Positions 11,397 through 24,009 of a stretch of DNA of 64,000 nt are shown here, piece by piece. This stretch comes from Squalus acanthias (taxonomy: Eukaryota). Below the pieces are notes generated by a model. That model saw only the letters and a program-made list of their open reading frames with translations, ran no database searches and was not told the origin of the DNA. The stretch lies in contig CM059430.1 of assembly GCA_030390025.1 (NCBI GenBank), positions 48,980,001-49,044,000 on the forward strand, written 5' to 3'. Numbering within the stretch: the first letter of the stretch is position 1; each line of letters begins with the position of its first letter. The position numbers and the translations under genes were made by a program.

Positions 11397-13112
11397 ATGG
11401 TGTTTAAGGATTCGCTACAGCCTTTAAAAGGAAACTTGACAAGTTCCCGAGTGAAGATGAGACTTCCAGTAAATTGAGAGTTTGCTGGGATTATGGGGCT
11501 ACAGCATTTTCTTGGAACTTTGCTTGATTGGCGTAGGAATTTGGAGAGGAAATTTCCAGTGTTTTTCCTAACTTTGCTGCAGTTTTTTTGCCTCCCCCAG
11601 GAGATTGTGTGGTTCGGAGGTAGATCATCAGTGTATGTAGTCAGACTGTGTCTGGATGAGGTTGGCTTAATAGGCTTGGTGACCTTTTCTCACCCTTTTA
11701 GTATAATAGGTTTCATTGGTTATTGGTGGCAGCTTGATCCTGATTTGATGGAATATTTTGTTTGTGATTTGTTTTTAGGCTCTTCCAGGAAGCTCGGTGA
11801 ATCAGAAACTGTCTTGATTAGCTGTGACTCAGGGTGTCAGAGGAGGTATTAAACACTTCACTATATGAATCCTCATACTTTTCCCCCCACTAAAAGGCCT
11901 TTTTGACTCCTACTTACTGAATGATACAGAGTCTGGGCTCTCATGTATAATTCAAAGTAGAGTCCACTTAAAAGGGGACACTCACTATGTTAGAATAAGT
12001 ATAAATGTTAATGATCAACACTCTATTCAACACAGTATTTCCTGTGTAGCTGACCGTATATGTGGACAAGATCATAGACCCAGCATCCCACCCTCTCTGC
12101 TAATATGGACAATGCACAGCAAACCCACCAACTTGCGAAGCTCTCAATCTCATGGCCTATAAATAGAATGATTCTCTTAATGCCCAACATAAAAGCAACA
12201 ATCTTTGATGCTTCCAAAACATATAATAGGATGTGGCTGTAACAAAAGTGCAGCACCTTTGTCCAAGATTTAGCTTGGTATTGGCTTCTTTAATTCTGGC
12301 ACAGTATGTATAGGATTATAACTTAGCTTCATTCGCTAAAATCATGTTACAGCCATTGTTGCAGCAATTATTTGAAAAGAAAGACTTGTATTTATATAGC
12401 GCCTTTCATGACCTCAGGACGTCCCAAAGCACTTTACAGCCAAACAAGTACTTTTTACTGATGACAGGCATTCTGTATGATTTGTTCAAATATATGTTTG
12501 ATTGGCAGCTCTTTTTGAATTTTACAGTTATTTCAATTCTGCTTGGTCCCGGTCACCATTTCGAAGCTATTCATTAGTTTGCCTTTTTCAAATCAACGAG
12601 TCTATCTGGAAACTCTGAGGAGAGTTAGTGAAGTCAGATAACTTCCATAGTTGGTGAAAAAAGGAAAAATAACCAGTATGTAATAAAAGTGCATATATCA
12701 TAATTTAGCAGAGGAGTTGTGAAATATTTATTATTTCTATTATACAAGGAGTTAGCAAAACTTAAGTACTGTAAAATTGCTATTTTGATACTACTACTAT
12801 TTGCTTTTTTTAAAACTGGTTAATAAGCTTATTTGGCAGTTAAAGCCCAAGACAAAATCTGGTGTATTGTTATTTTACTTTCCGAGGCAATAGCTGAACT
12901 AATCAGAAAAGGCTCGTTGCATGTTAGCTGGTTAATGCTACAAATTTTAATTGGCTATCAGGGCAAATAAAAACACTCTTTGGGACATAGGGTACTAAGG
13001 CTCATCTATAAGACTAGTCTGAAACATCAAAGCTGAACATTTCTATAGTTTAAAAGGGTAAACAAACCACAAACATGTGCAAGTGGCATCCCAAATTATT
13101 GAAAAGGGGTAA

Positions 13113-13272
13113 CATAGAAACATAGGAACAGGGGTAGTCCATTCAGCCCCTCGAGTCTATTCCCCCATTCTATTAGATCATGGTTGATCTGTCCCTCAGC
13201 TTCATTTTCCCACTTTGCTCCATATTCCTTGATATTCTTACCTAACAAAAATCTATTGATCTCAGTCTCGAA
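13113..13272 (-). mobile_element. Short CR1 3' end
   Basis: Reverse complement FETEINRFLLGKNIKEYG...aatggactacccctgttcctatgtttctatg. Confidence 0.8.
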
Positions 13273-14048
13273 AGGTGCCAGCCTCCAAATTAAAGAAAGG
13301 CACATAGAGTGAGAGAAAGAAAGCCCAGAGAAATGAAACAAACGGTCGCACCCCCCAGTGCTGCTATAGCTGAAATCAAGTTACTCAGCACAGATCAGGG
13401 ATCAAACCTGGGACCTTTTGGATCTGTATGGTCAATGCATTATGTTTAGCACTAAACCAATCAAGATTGACCAAAATTGAGATGTCTTTATTAATAAGAC
13501 TGGAAATCTCAGCTCCTGTGTGGTCCAGTGGTTAAATTCACCAAGTACTATGGTTCTGAACCATATTGATCTGTAAGGTCCCAGGTTCAATGACACTTTG
13601 ATCTATTTATTAATAAGATCATAAATATTTTGTCGAAATGTGATTATTTCACAACTTCAGTGGGAACGCACAGTACGAGTAAGGAATGAGGAGCAGTAAG
13701 TGTAGCTGAGGAGCAGAAAAGGTCAAGCTCCGGGTCTCCCTCAGATGTTGAGGTCCTGGATTGGTGCCATCCAGGACTTGGGTACAAAGTGCTATTGGCC
13801 TCTGAGTACCATCAAGTGATTTGAGAGTGTGTAAAGCACCCTGCAAACATGATATGTAAATGGAAAAGTCACCACTACCCATATCTGTGCAGTGTTGTTT
13901 GAGTGATGCTAACTTTTCAAACATTTTTGACTTAGCGACCCATATGGCCCTCTAGGGGAATTTCTTCCCCTCAGAGACTGAACTCTAAGAAGCTGACCGC
14001 AAAAAGACTGAGATACTAAAATAGTAAAAAAAGTTCACTAAAGACAGT

Positions 14049-14762
14049 GGGGGAAAAATTCGGTTGCTTTGCGCCTCCCGTTAGCGCCCTCTTAGGGCGC
14101 TAACGGGGGGCGCAAAGCAACTAGCGCCCGGGCGCGGCGTCGCAAACGCCTCCCGCAAAATTCAGCGGGAAGTTAGCGGCGGTGGTAACCGTTAGCGCCC
14201 CATGGCGCTGCGCCGCCGGCGATGATGTCATCGTCGTGTGCAGCGCCCCGCTCGTGATCTTCGGTAGCGCCCCCTGACTTACCGCTGGACGCTATGTCCG
14301 ACGGGGTCAGGGGAGCCTACCTGGGGCGCTGCTAATTAAAGGCGAGGTGCCGGGCGCCATTTTTGTTGCTGGCCGCCTGCTAGCACCTGCCCCCGTTGCC
14401 GTCCCCGGCCTCCTGAGCAGCCCCCGCGCGGAGTGCCAGCTGCGCTCCGTGAACCCGGCACTTCTTTTGACTGACGGGCTCTTTTGCCAGCACTCCGATC
14501 CCTGGTGGCTCAGCTGGGCCCCGGCTAGGCCCCTCCCCTTTAAGAGGAAGAAGGCCTGCAGTACCGCGGCGTGACGTGGCGCTGCGGCACGTAGCGCCAC
14601 GATATTCCCTCGCAGCGCCTCAAGAGGGAGGTGGGGCGCTTCCAGTAGTGCCCCGCTTCCCTCTTGGGGTGCTACCCATGGATTTCGGCCGTGGGGGGGC
14701 GCTAAAAGTAGCGCCCCAGCGAAGTTAGCACCCCAAAGGGGGCGCGACTCAACTTTTCCCCC
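14049..14762. mobile_element. Non-autonomous Harbinger (MITE, 714 bp) related to the 1990-6094 element
   Basis: Left end GGGGGAAAAATTCGGTTGCTTTGCGCCTCCCGTTAGCGCC aligns with 1990 onward for ~250 bp; right end GGGGCGCGACTCAACTTTTCCCCC matches 6071-6094; flanks AGT/ATT. Confidence 0.92.
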
Positions 14763-17469
14763 ATTGGAATTGATATCTATCAATGTAAAACACAATGGAA
14801 ACTACCATCAAATGAATTGACGAAAACATTAACAATTTAATGAAACAAACTAACACTTACTTGTTACTCACCAATCCGCTCCCTCTGCAGCAGCAACATC
14901 ACTTTTGAATTTCTTTAGTGTTCCACATTCAGCTCGGACTGACTTTGAGTTGCTATCAGGCTCGCTCTCACTGACTCTCGACCGCCGGTTCTCCCATTTT
15001 TATCTGTGGGCCTCTTGCACGGTTTACCCTCAAGCTCGCTTTCTGCTCTCCCAGTTGCAAATTTTTTGTTTTACTGTTGTTTTAAGATTATTGATAGTAA
15101 TTTAAGAGACCTGCCATACGTGCTTTTTACACATAATGCTACTCTTGCACAATGCACATTGTACAATTTGACCAATCAGATACAGGTAGCTTGTAGAAGC
15201 TGTTGGCAGTTTGCACTGTTCTTTGGTTTCCCAGGATGGGGCCTCCTCTTTGCTTACTCTGCCCCCCAGGGGTCTATTTTTATGTGCTATGATCCCTTCG
15301 CAGCTCAGAAATCTGTGCCTGCTAGTTGCCTCTGACCACAACCTTGTTGTTTTCTCACCTACTTTGCAACAATCAGCAGAAACGAAAGTTTGAAGGAAAG
15401 ACAATCACATTAAAAATAATGATAGCAACTTGGGGAGTTTAAAGTGGTTACATAGAAGCTTATAACTATTTTTTAAACTGTGAATTGTTAAAACCAATTA
15501 AGATTTTAAGTATTCTTTTTTTTCCCAAAATAAAGAGAGCTTGTTCAAAGTGCAATCCCCAAATGATATAGCCACTTAAACACCACCAGAAAGCAACTTA
15601 CTGCTTGCTGTACTGGACTTATTAAAGTGGGGAAAGTCATTGACAATAGTTGCCCACTGCTGACAGTAGTCCAACTGGGGATGAGATTACAAGGAATTTC
15701 TCCTGCATTTGCCTGCGAGTACATTAATGTTTCTAGACTGGGGTTTCAGACTTTTCAGCTCTTCTGTAGCGTTTGGATCTGAATTGTTTAGCTTGGGGGA
15801 GGGTGTAATTTTTGCCTTTTCAGTTAGATGCATCAGCTTCAAGTAGGAGAAAGCCATACCTTTGCCATGCTAGGACCTAGAAGAATATCTATGGAAACTC
15901 CTAGAAGGTAAGTGTGTTAGGTCCAAATCAATAGCTGAGGCTTCTCTTTAATTCGATGTAACACAATTTGTCAGTATAAAGGGATCTTTGCACACATCCA
16001 AAAGAAGTGTAGGACCATGCCTTCTCCACCAGAACCCCTCCAGCATTTTGCTGTCACCTCATGATTCCATCTGTGCACAGGGAAAGGTTGTGTATGTGCA
16101 AAGTTACCTGTGCTTTCAATCCATTCCAAATGAAGACACATCAGTTCAATTCTCAAACAGATTGGTCAGAGTTCTTTCAGGTCACATTGAACCTTTTATT
16201 CCTTTATTTATATTTTTTGGAATAAAATTGGAAGCATAAGAAATCAAACACATTATAATAAAAGTATTTATTAGACTGCATCACTGGAATGTATTAAATA
16301 TCACTGCAGTAGCTGAAATGGACATGCACATGGAAACCTGAATTGAAAAAAAATCAAATTGAAGAAAACTATCTGTCATACAATGATATGTGTTTATTTT
16401 GCAGCAGTTTCATTGCATAAATAATACACTTCATTGATTTGTGGACCTGACCGAACTTGCAACATTCTCGTTCAGTTATGATTCATAGATTGATTTTAAT
16501 ACATCTTGTATCACACTGCCACTTCTATTTTTAATTAACCCAATTGTGCTGTCAATAGGAACTTTAGAATGAAACACAAGGGAGAATTATTCATATTCTG
16601 TAAAAATAGTTAATAGGAACTGTATCTCTTTGCACTGGGTTATTTTACAGACTAACTGTTACATACAAAAAGCAATTGTGATAGATCGACTTAATTCAAT
16701 TGGTACAACTTATCTTATAATACAAAAGAACATGTCAAGAATCACCATATCAGTGTGTCATCTTATTTGACTGAAACAAAATGGCTTCTAACTGTCCTCC
16801 CACATTTCTAACCTCTTAGTCCAGGTGAAAGACCTCACAGCTTTCCCTTTTAAAAAAAAAACCTGACTGCCGTCACAGCCTTAGCTGGACCTGAATGCCT
16901 GTGCTTCTGTCTCTTTTTTTTAATCTTCATCAGTTCAGGCCTGCTACACTTCCACCCGCTGACTCCCCGCGACCAGCGACTTTGCAACACAATAGGTCTG
17001 CGGTATTTATCGAAAGAGATAAGATATTCAATTGCTTATTGTTTTCAATCTTTGGGGAAAAACAACTTCTATTAGCGTATAAACCACCTTGCACCTTGGT
17101 GTTCTTGCTTTAAAAACCCAACATTAAAAGTAATTCTTTTCCAAAATCCTTTCTGCGGTAAAATGGCCAAAAAATAATCCTGAAATGTGACACTGATATA
17201 TTGAAATTTTTAAAAGCATATGTTCAACACACACAAATTATAAAGTTACACTAAGTACTTTGAGGTACTGCGACTCTGTAAGCACAAATCCTTGGGGTTT
17301 TGTACTGTCATTGTCAATGTTTTTACTTTCTCAACTTGCACTGAAAGTACTGAAAAGGGAAGGGTTGAGTCATGCTTTATTAGACTTTCCTTTGTTGAGG
17401 AAATGACGTGAGCAGTCACAATATTAACACTAAGTAGATGTATCTGTGACAGAAGAAATTTGTCTTGTA

Positions 17470-17712
17470 TAATGGCGGCTGTGCCTTCAGCTGCCAAGGA
17501 CCTAAGCTCTGGAATTCCCTCCCTAAACCTCTCCGCCTCTCTTTCCTCCTTTAAGACGCTTCTTAAAACCTACCTCTCTGACCAAGCTAATGCCCTAATA
17601 TCTTCTTATGTGGCTCGGTGTCAAATTATGATGGATAACACTCCTGTGAAGCACCTTGGGACTTTTTACTACATTAAAGGCGCTATATAACTACAAGTTG
17701 TTGTTGTCGTTA
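17470..17712 (+). mobile_element. L2 LINE 3' end
   Basis: gccttcagctgccaaggacctaagctctggaattccctccctaaacc...gtgaagcaccttgggac...aaaggcgctatataactacaagttgttgttg. Confidence 0.8.
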
Positions 17713-18684
17713 TTTCTATTCATAAAGGACATTATATTTTTAATATTTCTTTAAAGAATCTTGATTCTGTGCTTACTGCTTAGACTGAGCCAGTTGTAAT
17801 ATGCTCATCTGTGGCTCATAGTAAATAGGATAACTTTGAATTCCTTTTCTTCTCTGATGTTTTTAATTACATTTGAGGAATGTATACATGGTCACAGACT
17901 AGAAAGCTTTCTTGCCTTATTGTTCACAAGTTGTTACCACAGTTGGGTTGGCGCCAATGATCTGTTTGATCTAGCAATGAATCAGTTAAGGCAAGATGGA
18001 CTTTCATGCCCTCCCTGTCCAAAAATATGTAATTGCCCAAAAACGTGATTACCAGGCTGTGGGAGAAAACAAGAGCTAATCATTTGTGATGGGATGTTTG
18101 CCTCATCAGGGGGTCTTGCAAGCAAGGCTCTTACAGCTTGTTTTGAAAGGGGATTGATTGGTGGAAGCAGAGTTCTGGGAATCTAACCTGATGCTTTTGA
18201 ACCCCACTTTGAGTCACAGCAGCATTAAACTGTGAAAGATACATTTTCATATTGCTCTGTCTTTCTTCAGAGTGGGTTCAACTGTTGCCCACATCTAGCC
18301 GCTTTAGCGGATTTTGCTTTGCCAAGCCATTGAGAAGTGGGGGCTAATGTGGACATTCTATCAATACCTGATTTGGGGTATACATTTTGTACCTTTCCAA
18401 CCCAAGAAATATATAAAGTAAGGACTTTGTGACTTTTTAAAATTTGTTTTGGAACAGATATGTAAGTTTAAGTAAAACTTCTTAATTTAGAGAAATCTGC
18501 TGTTTTTGTTGTTCCTTCTACTAATTTTATTTCTTAATAAACTTGATTTGTAGTTTGTAGTTCAAGATATCTAGTCAGTTAGAGATTTATTCACTCTATC
18601 AAAGTGACCAGAGAGTACAATTGGTCTCATACCGTTTTCAGTACTTCTACTTTGTGCATAAATTCATGATTTCATTCACTCTTG

Positions 18685-19255
18685 CAGTGTCAGCCTTGCC
18701 TCAGTTGTAGCACTTTCACCCCTGAGCCAGAAGGTTGTGGGTTCAAGACCCAATCCAGACACTTGAACACATAATCTCGGCTGAAACTTCAGTGCAGCAC
18801 TGTCAGAGGTACCATCTTTTGAATGAGTTGTTAAACCACGACTGCCTGTTCGGGTGGATGTAAAAGATCCCATGGCACTATTGGAAGAAGAGCAGGGGAG
18901 TTCTCCTGGTGTCCTGATCAACATTTGTACAAATTGACTGCTGCTTTTGTCTACATTACAACAGTGACTACTCTTCAACAGAGGTCATGATGTGGAGATG
19001 CCGGCGTTGGACTGGGGTGGACAAAAATGAGAAGTCGCACAACACCAGGTTATAGTCCAACAGATTTATTTAATTTTACTTAATTTATTTAATTTATTTA
19101 ATTTAATTTAAAATTAAATAAATCTGTTGGACTATAACCTGGTGTTGTGCGACTTCTCATTTTTACTCTTCAACAGTAATTCATTAACTGTGAAGTATTT
19201 TGAGACTTGCTGGTTCATGTAAGGCACTGTATAAATGTAAGTTCCTTCTTTTCTT
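18685..19255 (+). mobile_element. Deu-domain SINE interrupted by a Penelope-derived hairpin
   Basis: tRNA-like head gtgtcagccttgcctcagttgtagcact...gggttcaagacc, Deu core, tail gtaaggcactgtataaatgtaagttccttc. Confidence 0.78.
18982..19164. mobile_element. Penelope-like inverted terminal fragment forming a perfect 56-bp hairpin, 12-bp TSD
   Basis: Arms 19023-19078 and 19109-19164 are exact reverse complements; direct repeat ACTCTTCAACAG at 18970-18981 and 19165-19176; arm ctgttggactataacctggtgttgtg is shared with 31496-31521. Confidence 0.85.
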
Positions 19256-20076
19256 TATAAGAAACGTGGGCTTGCCTGTGGCAATGGTCCTTTGTGCTGG
19301 GTACAAAAAAACATATCTGGCAAGCATCCCAATTGTAACACTATCTATTAAGTCTAAGAATCACCACAGAATATTTAATGGAGTTGACACTACAGGAGCC
19401 CAGTTCTTATCCAAATGATGAAGTGGCATTAATGGTGACTATGCAGAAATCCACAACTAACCAGGCTATGAGTGTGAAAACAAGCAAGAAAAAAGGCTGA
19501 AGCAATACTCTTTTAAAATTGTAAAACAAATATCTGAGTTGACAAACTATAATTCAAACCAATGAATTGACATTCACCGTCTTCTAAAAAGATGAAAACT
19601 GTAAACTTAGCAAGAAAGACAAATTAAGTAAAACTAATCAATATACAGCTGGTTATTCATGAACTTTTATAAAGTGCCCTTTTTAGCTCCAATGGGAGAA
19701 TTTTGCAGACACTTGTCCAGAGGGCCCTAAGTTCAATTCACAACCTTGACTACTAGCTGACTGTTCTCAAGTTTCACCCAGGTCACAAAAATTAAATGCC
19801 TTGTAATGCAAGAGTGCTCCATTGGTGAGAGGAAAGAAGAATCATTAGGGACACCTATTCTGCCTCACTAACTATGTCTTCTGTATTCTAGGTTTCAAAT
19901 GGCAATACTATTGAAAAGCCAATAGCCAACCTGTGCTCTCCTTAATGCTGGAAGGTAAAATTAGATAATATTTTAATAAATGTACTTATGGTTATAAAGA
20001 ATATCTTCTTACCTAACTCCATCATGTGGGTACTTTCTAATTAAAGAACTTCATTAACTTCCAAATAACAACTTTT

Positions 20077-23000
20077 TAGCATAGTGGTTATGTTACTGGA
20101 CTAGTAATCCAGAGGCCTGGACTAATGATCTGGAGACGTGAGTTCAAATCCCACCACGGCAGCTGGGGGATTTAAATTCAGTTAATTCATTAAATAAATC
20201 TGGAATAAAAAGCTAGCATCAGTAATGGTGACCATGAAACTACTGGATTGTCGTAAAAACCCATCTGGTTCACTGCTGTCCTTACCCGGTCTGGCCTATA
20301 TGTGACTCCATACCCACAGCAATGTGATTGACTCTTAACTGCCCTCTGAAATGGCCTAGCAAGTCACTCAGTTCTATCGAACGAAAAACAATATTAAGAA
20401 TGAAACCGGATGGACCACCCGGCATCGACCTAGGCACCAGATTCAGACACGACAAAGGCACATCCAACCCAGTCAACCTTGCAATGTCCTCATCTGGGGA
20501 CTTGTTCCAAAATTGGAAGAGCTGTCCTACAGACTAGTCAAGCAACAGCCTGACATAATCATACTCACAGAATCATACCTTTCAGCCAACGTCCCAGATT
20601 CCCCCATCACCATCCCTGGGTATGTCCTGTCCCACCAGCAGGACAGACTCACCAGAGGTGGCGGCAGTGTGGTATACAGTCGGGAGGGAGTGGCCCTGGG
20701 AGTCCTCAACATTGACTCTGGTCCCCATGAAGTCTCATGGCATCAAGTCAAATATGGGCAAGGAAACCTCCTGCTGATTACCACCTACCACCCTGTCTCA
20801 GCTGATGAAACAGTACTCCGCCATGTTGAACACCACTTGGAAGAAGCACTGAGGGTAGCAAGGGCACTGAATGTACTCTGGGTAGGGGACTTCAATGTCC
20901 ATCACCAAGAGTGGCTCGGTAGCACCATTACTGACTGGGCTGGCCGAGTCCTGAAAGACATAGCTGCCAGACTGGGCCTGCGGCACATGGTGAGAGAACC
21001 AATACGAGGGAAAAACCTACTTGACCTCATCCTCACCAATCTACCTGTCGCAGATGCATCTGTCTCTCCATGACAGTATTGGTAGGAGTGTCCACCACAC
21101 AGTACTTGTGGAGACGAAGACCTGTCTTCACACTGAGGACACTCTCCATCGTGTTGTGTGGTACTACCACCATGCTAAATGGGATAGATTCAGAACAGAT
21201 CTAGCAGCTCAAAACTGGGCATGCATGGGCGCTGTGGGCCATCAGCAGCAGCAGAATTGTATTCCACCACAATCTAACCTCATGGTCCGGCATATTCCTC
21301 ACTCTACCATTACCATCAAGCCAGGGGACCAACCCTGGTTCAATAAGGAGTGTAGAAGAGCATGACAGGAGCAGCTCCAGGCGTACCTAAAAATGAGGTG
21401 CCAACCAGGTGAAGCTACAACACATGCATGCTAAACAGTGGAAGCAGCATGCTATAGACCGAGCTAAGCGATCCCACAACCAACGGATCAGATCAAAGCT
21501 CTGCAGTCCTGCCACATTCAGTACGAATCTTGGTGGACAATTAAACAACTAACGGGAGGAGGAGGCTGCATGAACATCCCCATCCTTCAGCCAGAAGTGC
21601 CGGGTGGATGATCTATCTTGGCCTCCTCCTGGGGTCCCCACCATCACAGAAGCCAGTCTTCAGCCAATTTGATTCATTCCACATGATATCAAGAAACGGC
21701 TGAGCCCACTAGATACAGCAAAGGCTATGGGCCCCGACAACATCCCGGCTGTAGTGCTGAAGACTTGTGCTCCAGAACTAGCCACGCTATTCCAGTATAG
21801 CTACAACACTGGCATCTACATGACAAAGTGGAAAATTGCCCAGGTATGTCCTGTCCACAAAAAGCAAGACAAATTCAATCCGGCCAATTAAGGCGGCATC
21901 AGTCTAGTCACAATCATCAGCAAAGTGAAGGATTGTGTCGTCGACAGTGCTATCAAGTGGCATTCACTCACCAGTAACTTGCTCACCGATGCTCAGTTTT
22001 GGGTTCCGCCAGGACCACTCGGCTCCAGACCTCATTATAGCCTTGTCCAAACATGGACAAAAGAGCTGAATTCCAGAGGTGAGGTGAGAGTGACTGCCCT
22101 TGACATCAAGGCAGCATTTAACCGAGATGGCATCAAGGAACCCTAGTAAAATTGAAGTCAATGGGATACAGGGGGAAAATTCTCCACTGGCTGGAGTCAT
22201 ACCTAGCACAAAGGAAGATGGTTGTGGTTGTTGGAGGCCAATCATCTCAGCACCAGGACATCACTGCAGGAGTTCCTCAGGTCAGTGTCCTAGGCCCAAC
22301 CATCTTCAGCTGCTTCTTCATGACCTTCCCTCTATCATGAGGTCAGAAGTGGGGATGTTCCCTGATGATTGCACAATGTTCAATTCCGTTCACAACTCCT
22401 CAGATGATGAAGCAGTCCGTGCCCACATGCAGCAAGACCTGGACAACATTCAGGCTTGGGCTGATAAGTGGCAGGTAACATTCACACCACACAACTGCCA
22501 GGCACTGACCATCTCCTCTTAACATTCAATTGCAATACCATCATCGAATCGCCCACCATCAACATCCTGGGGGTCACCATTGACCAGAAACTTAACTGGA
22601 CCAGCCACATAAATACTGTGGCTACAAGAGCAGGTCAGAGACTGGGTATTCTGTGGCAAGTGACTCACCTCCTGACTCCCCAAAGCCTTTCCACCACCTA
22701 CAAAGCACAAACCAGGAGTGTGATGGAATACTCTCCACTTGCCTGGATGAGTGCAGCTCCAACAACAATCAAGAAGCTTGACACCATCCAGGACAAAGCA
22801 GCCCACTTGACTGCCACTCTATCCACCACCTTAAACATTCACTCCCTCCACCACAAGCACACCGTGTCTGCAGTGTGTACCATCTACATGATACGCTGCA
22901 GCAACTTGCCAATGCTTCTTCAACAGCACCTCCCAACCCGCGACTTCTACCACCACTTGGAAATATATCGCTATTCCTTCATTGTCACTGGGTCAAAATC

Positions 23001-23160
23001 CTGGAACTCCCTCCCTAGCAGCACTATGGGAGTACCTTCACCACATGGACTGCAGCAGTTCAAGAAGGTGGCTCACTACCACCTTCTCAAGGGCAACTAG
23101 GGATAGGCAATAAATGCTGGCCATGCCAGCGACGCCCAGATCTCGTAAATTAATTTTTAA
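20077..23160 (+). mobile_element. Near full-length single-ORF APE-RT LINE (CR1 group, Zenon-like) with tRNA-derived 5' head; ORF decayed
   Basis: A box TAGCATAGTGG 20077-20087, B box GTTCAAATCC 20142-20151; EN motifs PDIIILTES, RGGG, GDFNVHH, LDL; RT motifs GPDNIP, LDIKAAF, GVPQ, F(P)DD; 3' end ggcaataaatgctggcc..gccagcgacgccca. Confidence 0.9.
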
Positions 23161-24009
23161 AAAGCCTAAAAATGTATTTTTCAAGTAAAAAGATCATTGC
23201 TCGTATTTCTGTTTCCTTATTATTCTGTTGCATTTTAAAAATAAATATTAAATAGCACTAATATGCTGTCAAAGTGGAGTCCTATTTTATGCATTGTTAG
23301 GACAGACAAAAAAGTTGCAGATGGATCTGTTAGAGGGCTGAGTACGTAACTGCAAAGAACTCACAACATGAGTTGACTGCACAGTGGGTACCACTCACGA
23401 GTCAGAGGTTTTATAAGAATTGGGGTGCTGCAGTACATAATGGTCACATAGTGTGAAAGTGGAAGTCTCTTCTTGTCTTTAGTTTGTACCTGGCGATACC
23501 TGAATTTGAATAGACTGAGATCTACATTGAATAAAATGATTCTTTTACAGTGAAAAAATCCTGTTATTGCGATTCACCCACAATCATAATTCATTTCTTT
23601 AACTTATAATACTTGTTACTTTGATGAGCAGAAACTAGACACTTCAATGAGTCCATTCATTCATGCAATGTTTTCATAAGTGAGGTTGCACTTCATTGGA
23701 ACGTGAAATATTTACATAGAAAAATATTTTCTTTACAATATTCAGGCAGATTAATATTTCTCAAAACTGGTAATATTTCTAAATCAGCAGCATAGTTTGT
23801 TATTGATATGGAAGAGAATGTGATACAAAGGAGAGACTTTGCTGTTTGCTGACTATTCACCTGATAGTATCTTGGTTGTATTTTGTCTTTCATACTATAG
23901 ATTATTTTCCGTACTTTATATGGCGTGTGTTGGCCTGGTATGACCACCGATGAAACTGAGAGCCGGGGACATGGGAACTCTCGGCTTTGGGAATCTCTGC
24001 CCTCTCTTA

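Noticed and set aside
20077-20160. Functional tRNA-Thr gene
   Set aside because: No complete acceptor stem, an extra ~20-nt duplicated arm and no terminator; it is fused to a LINE leader
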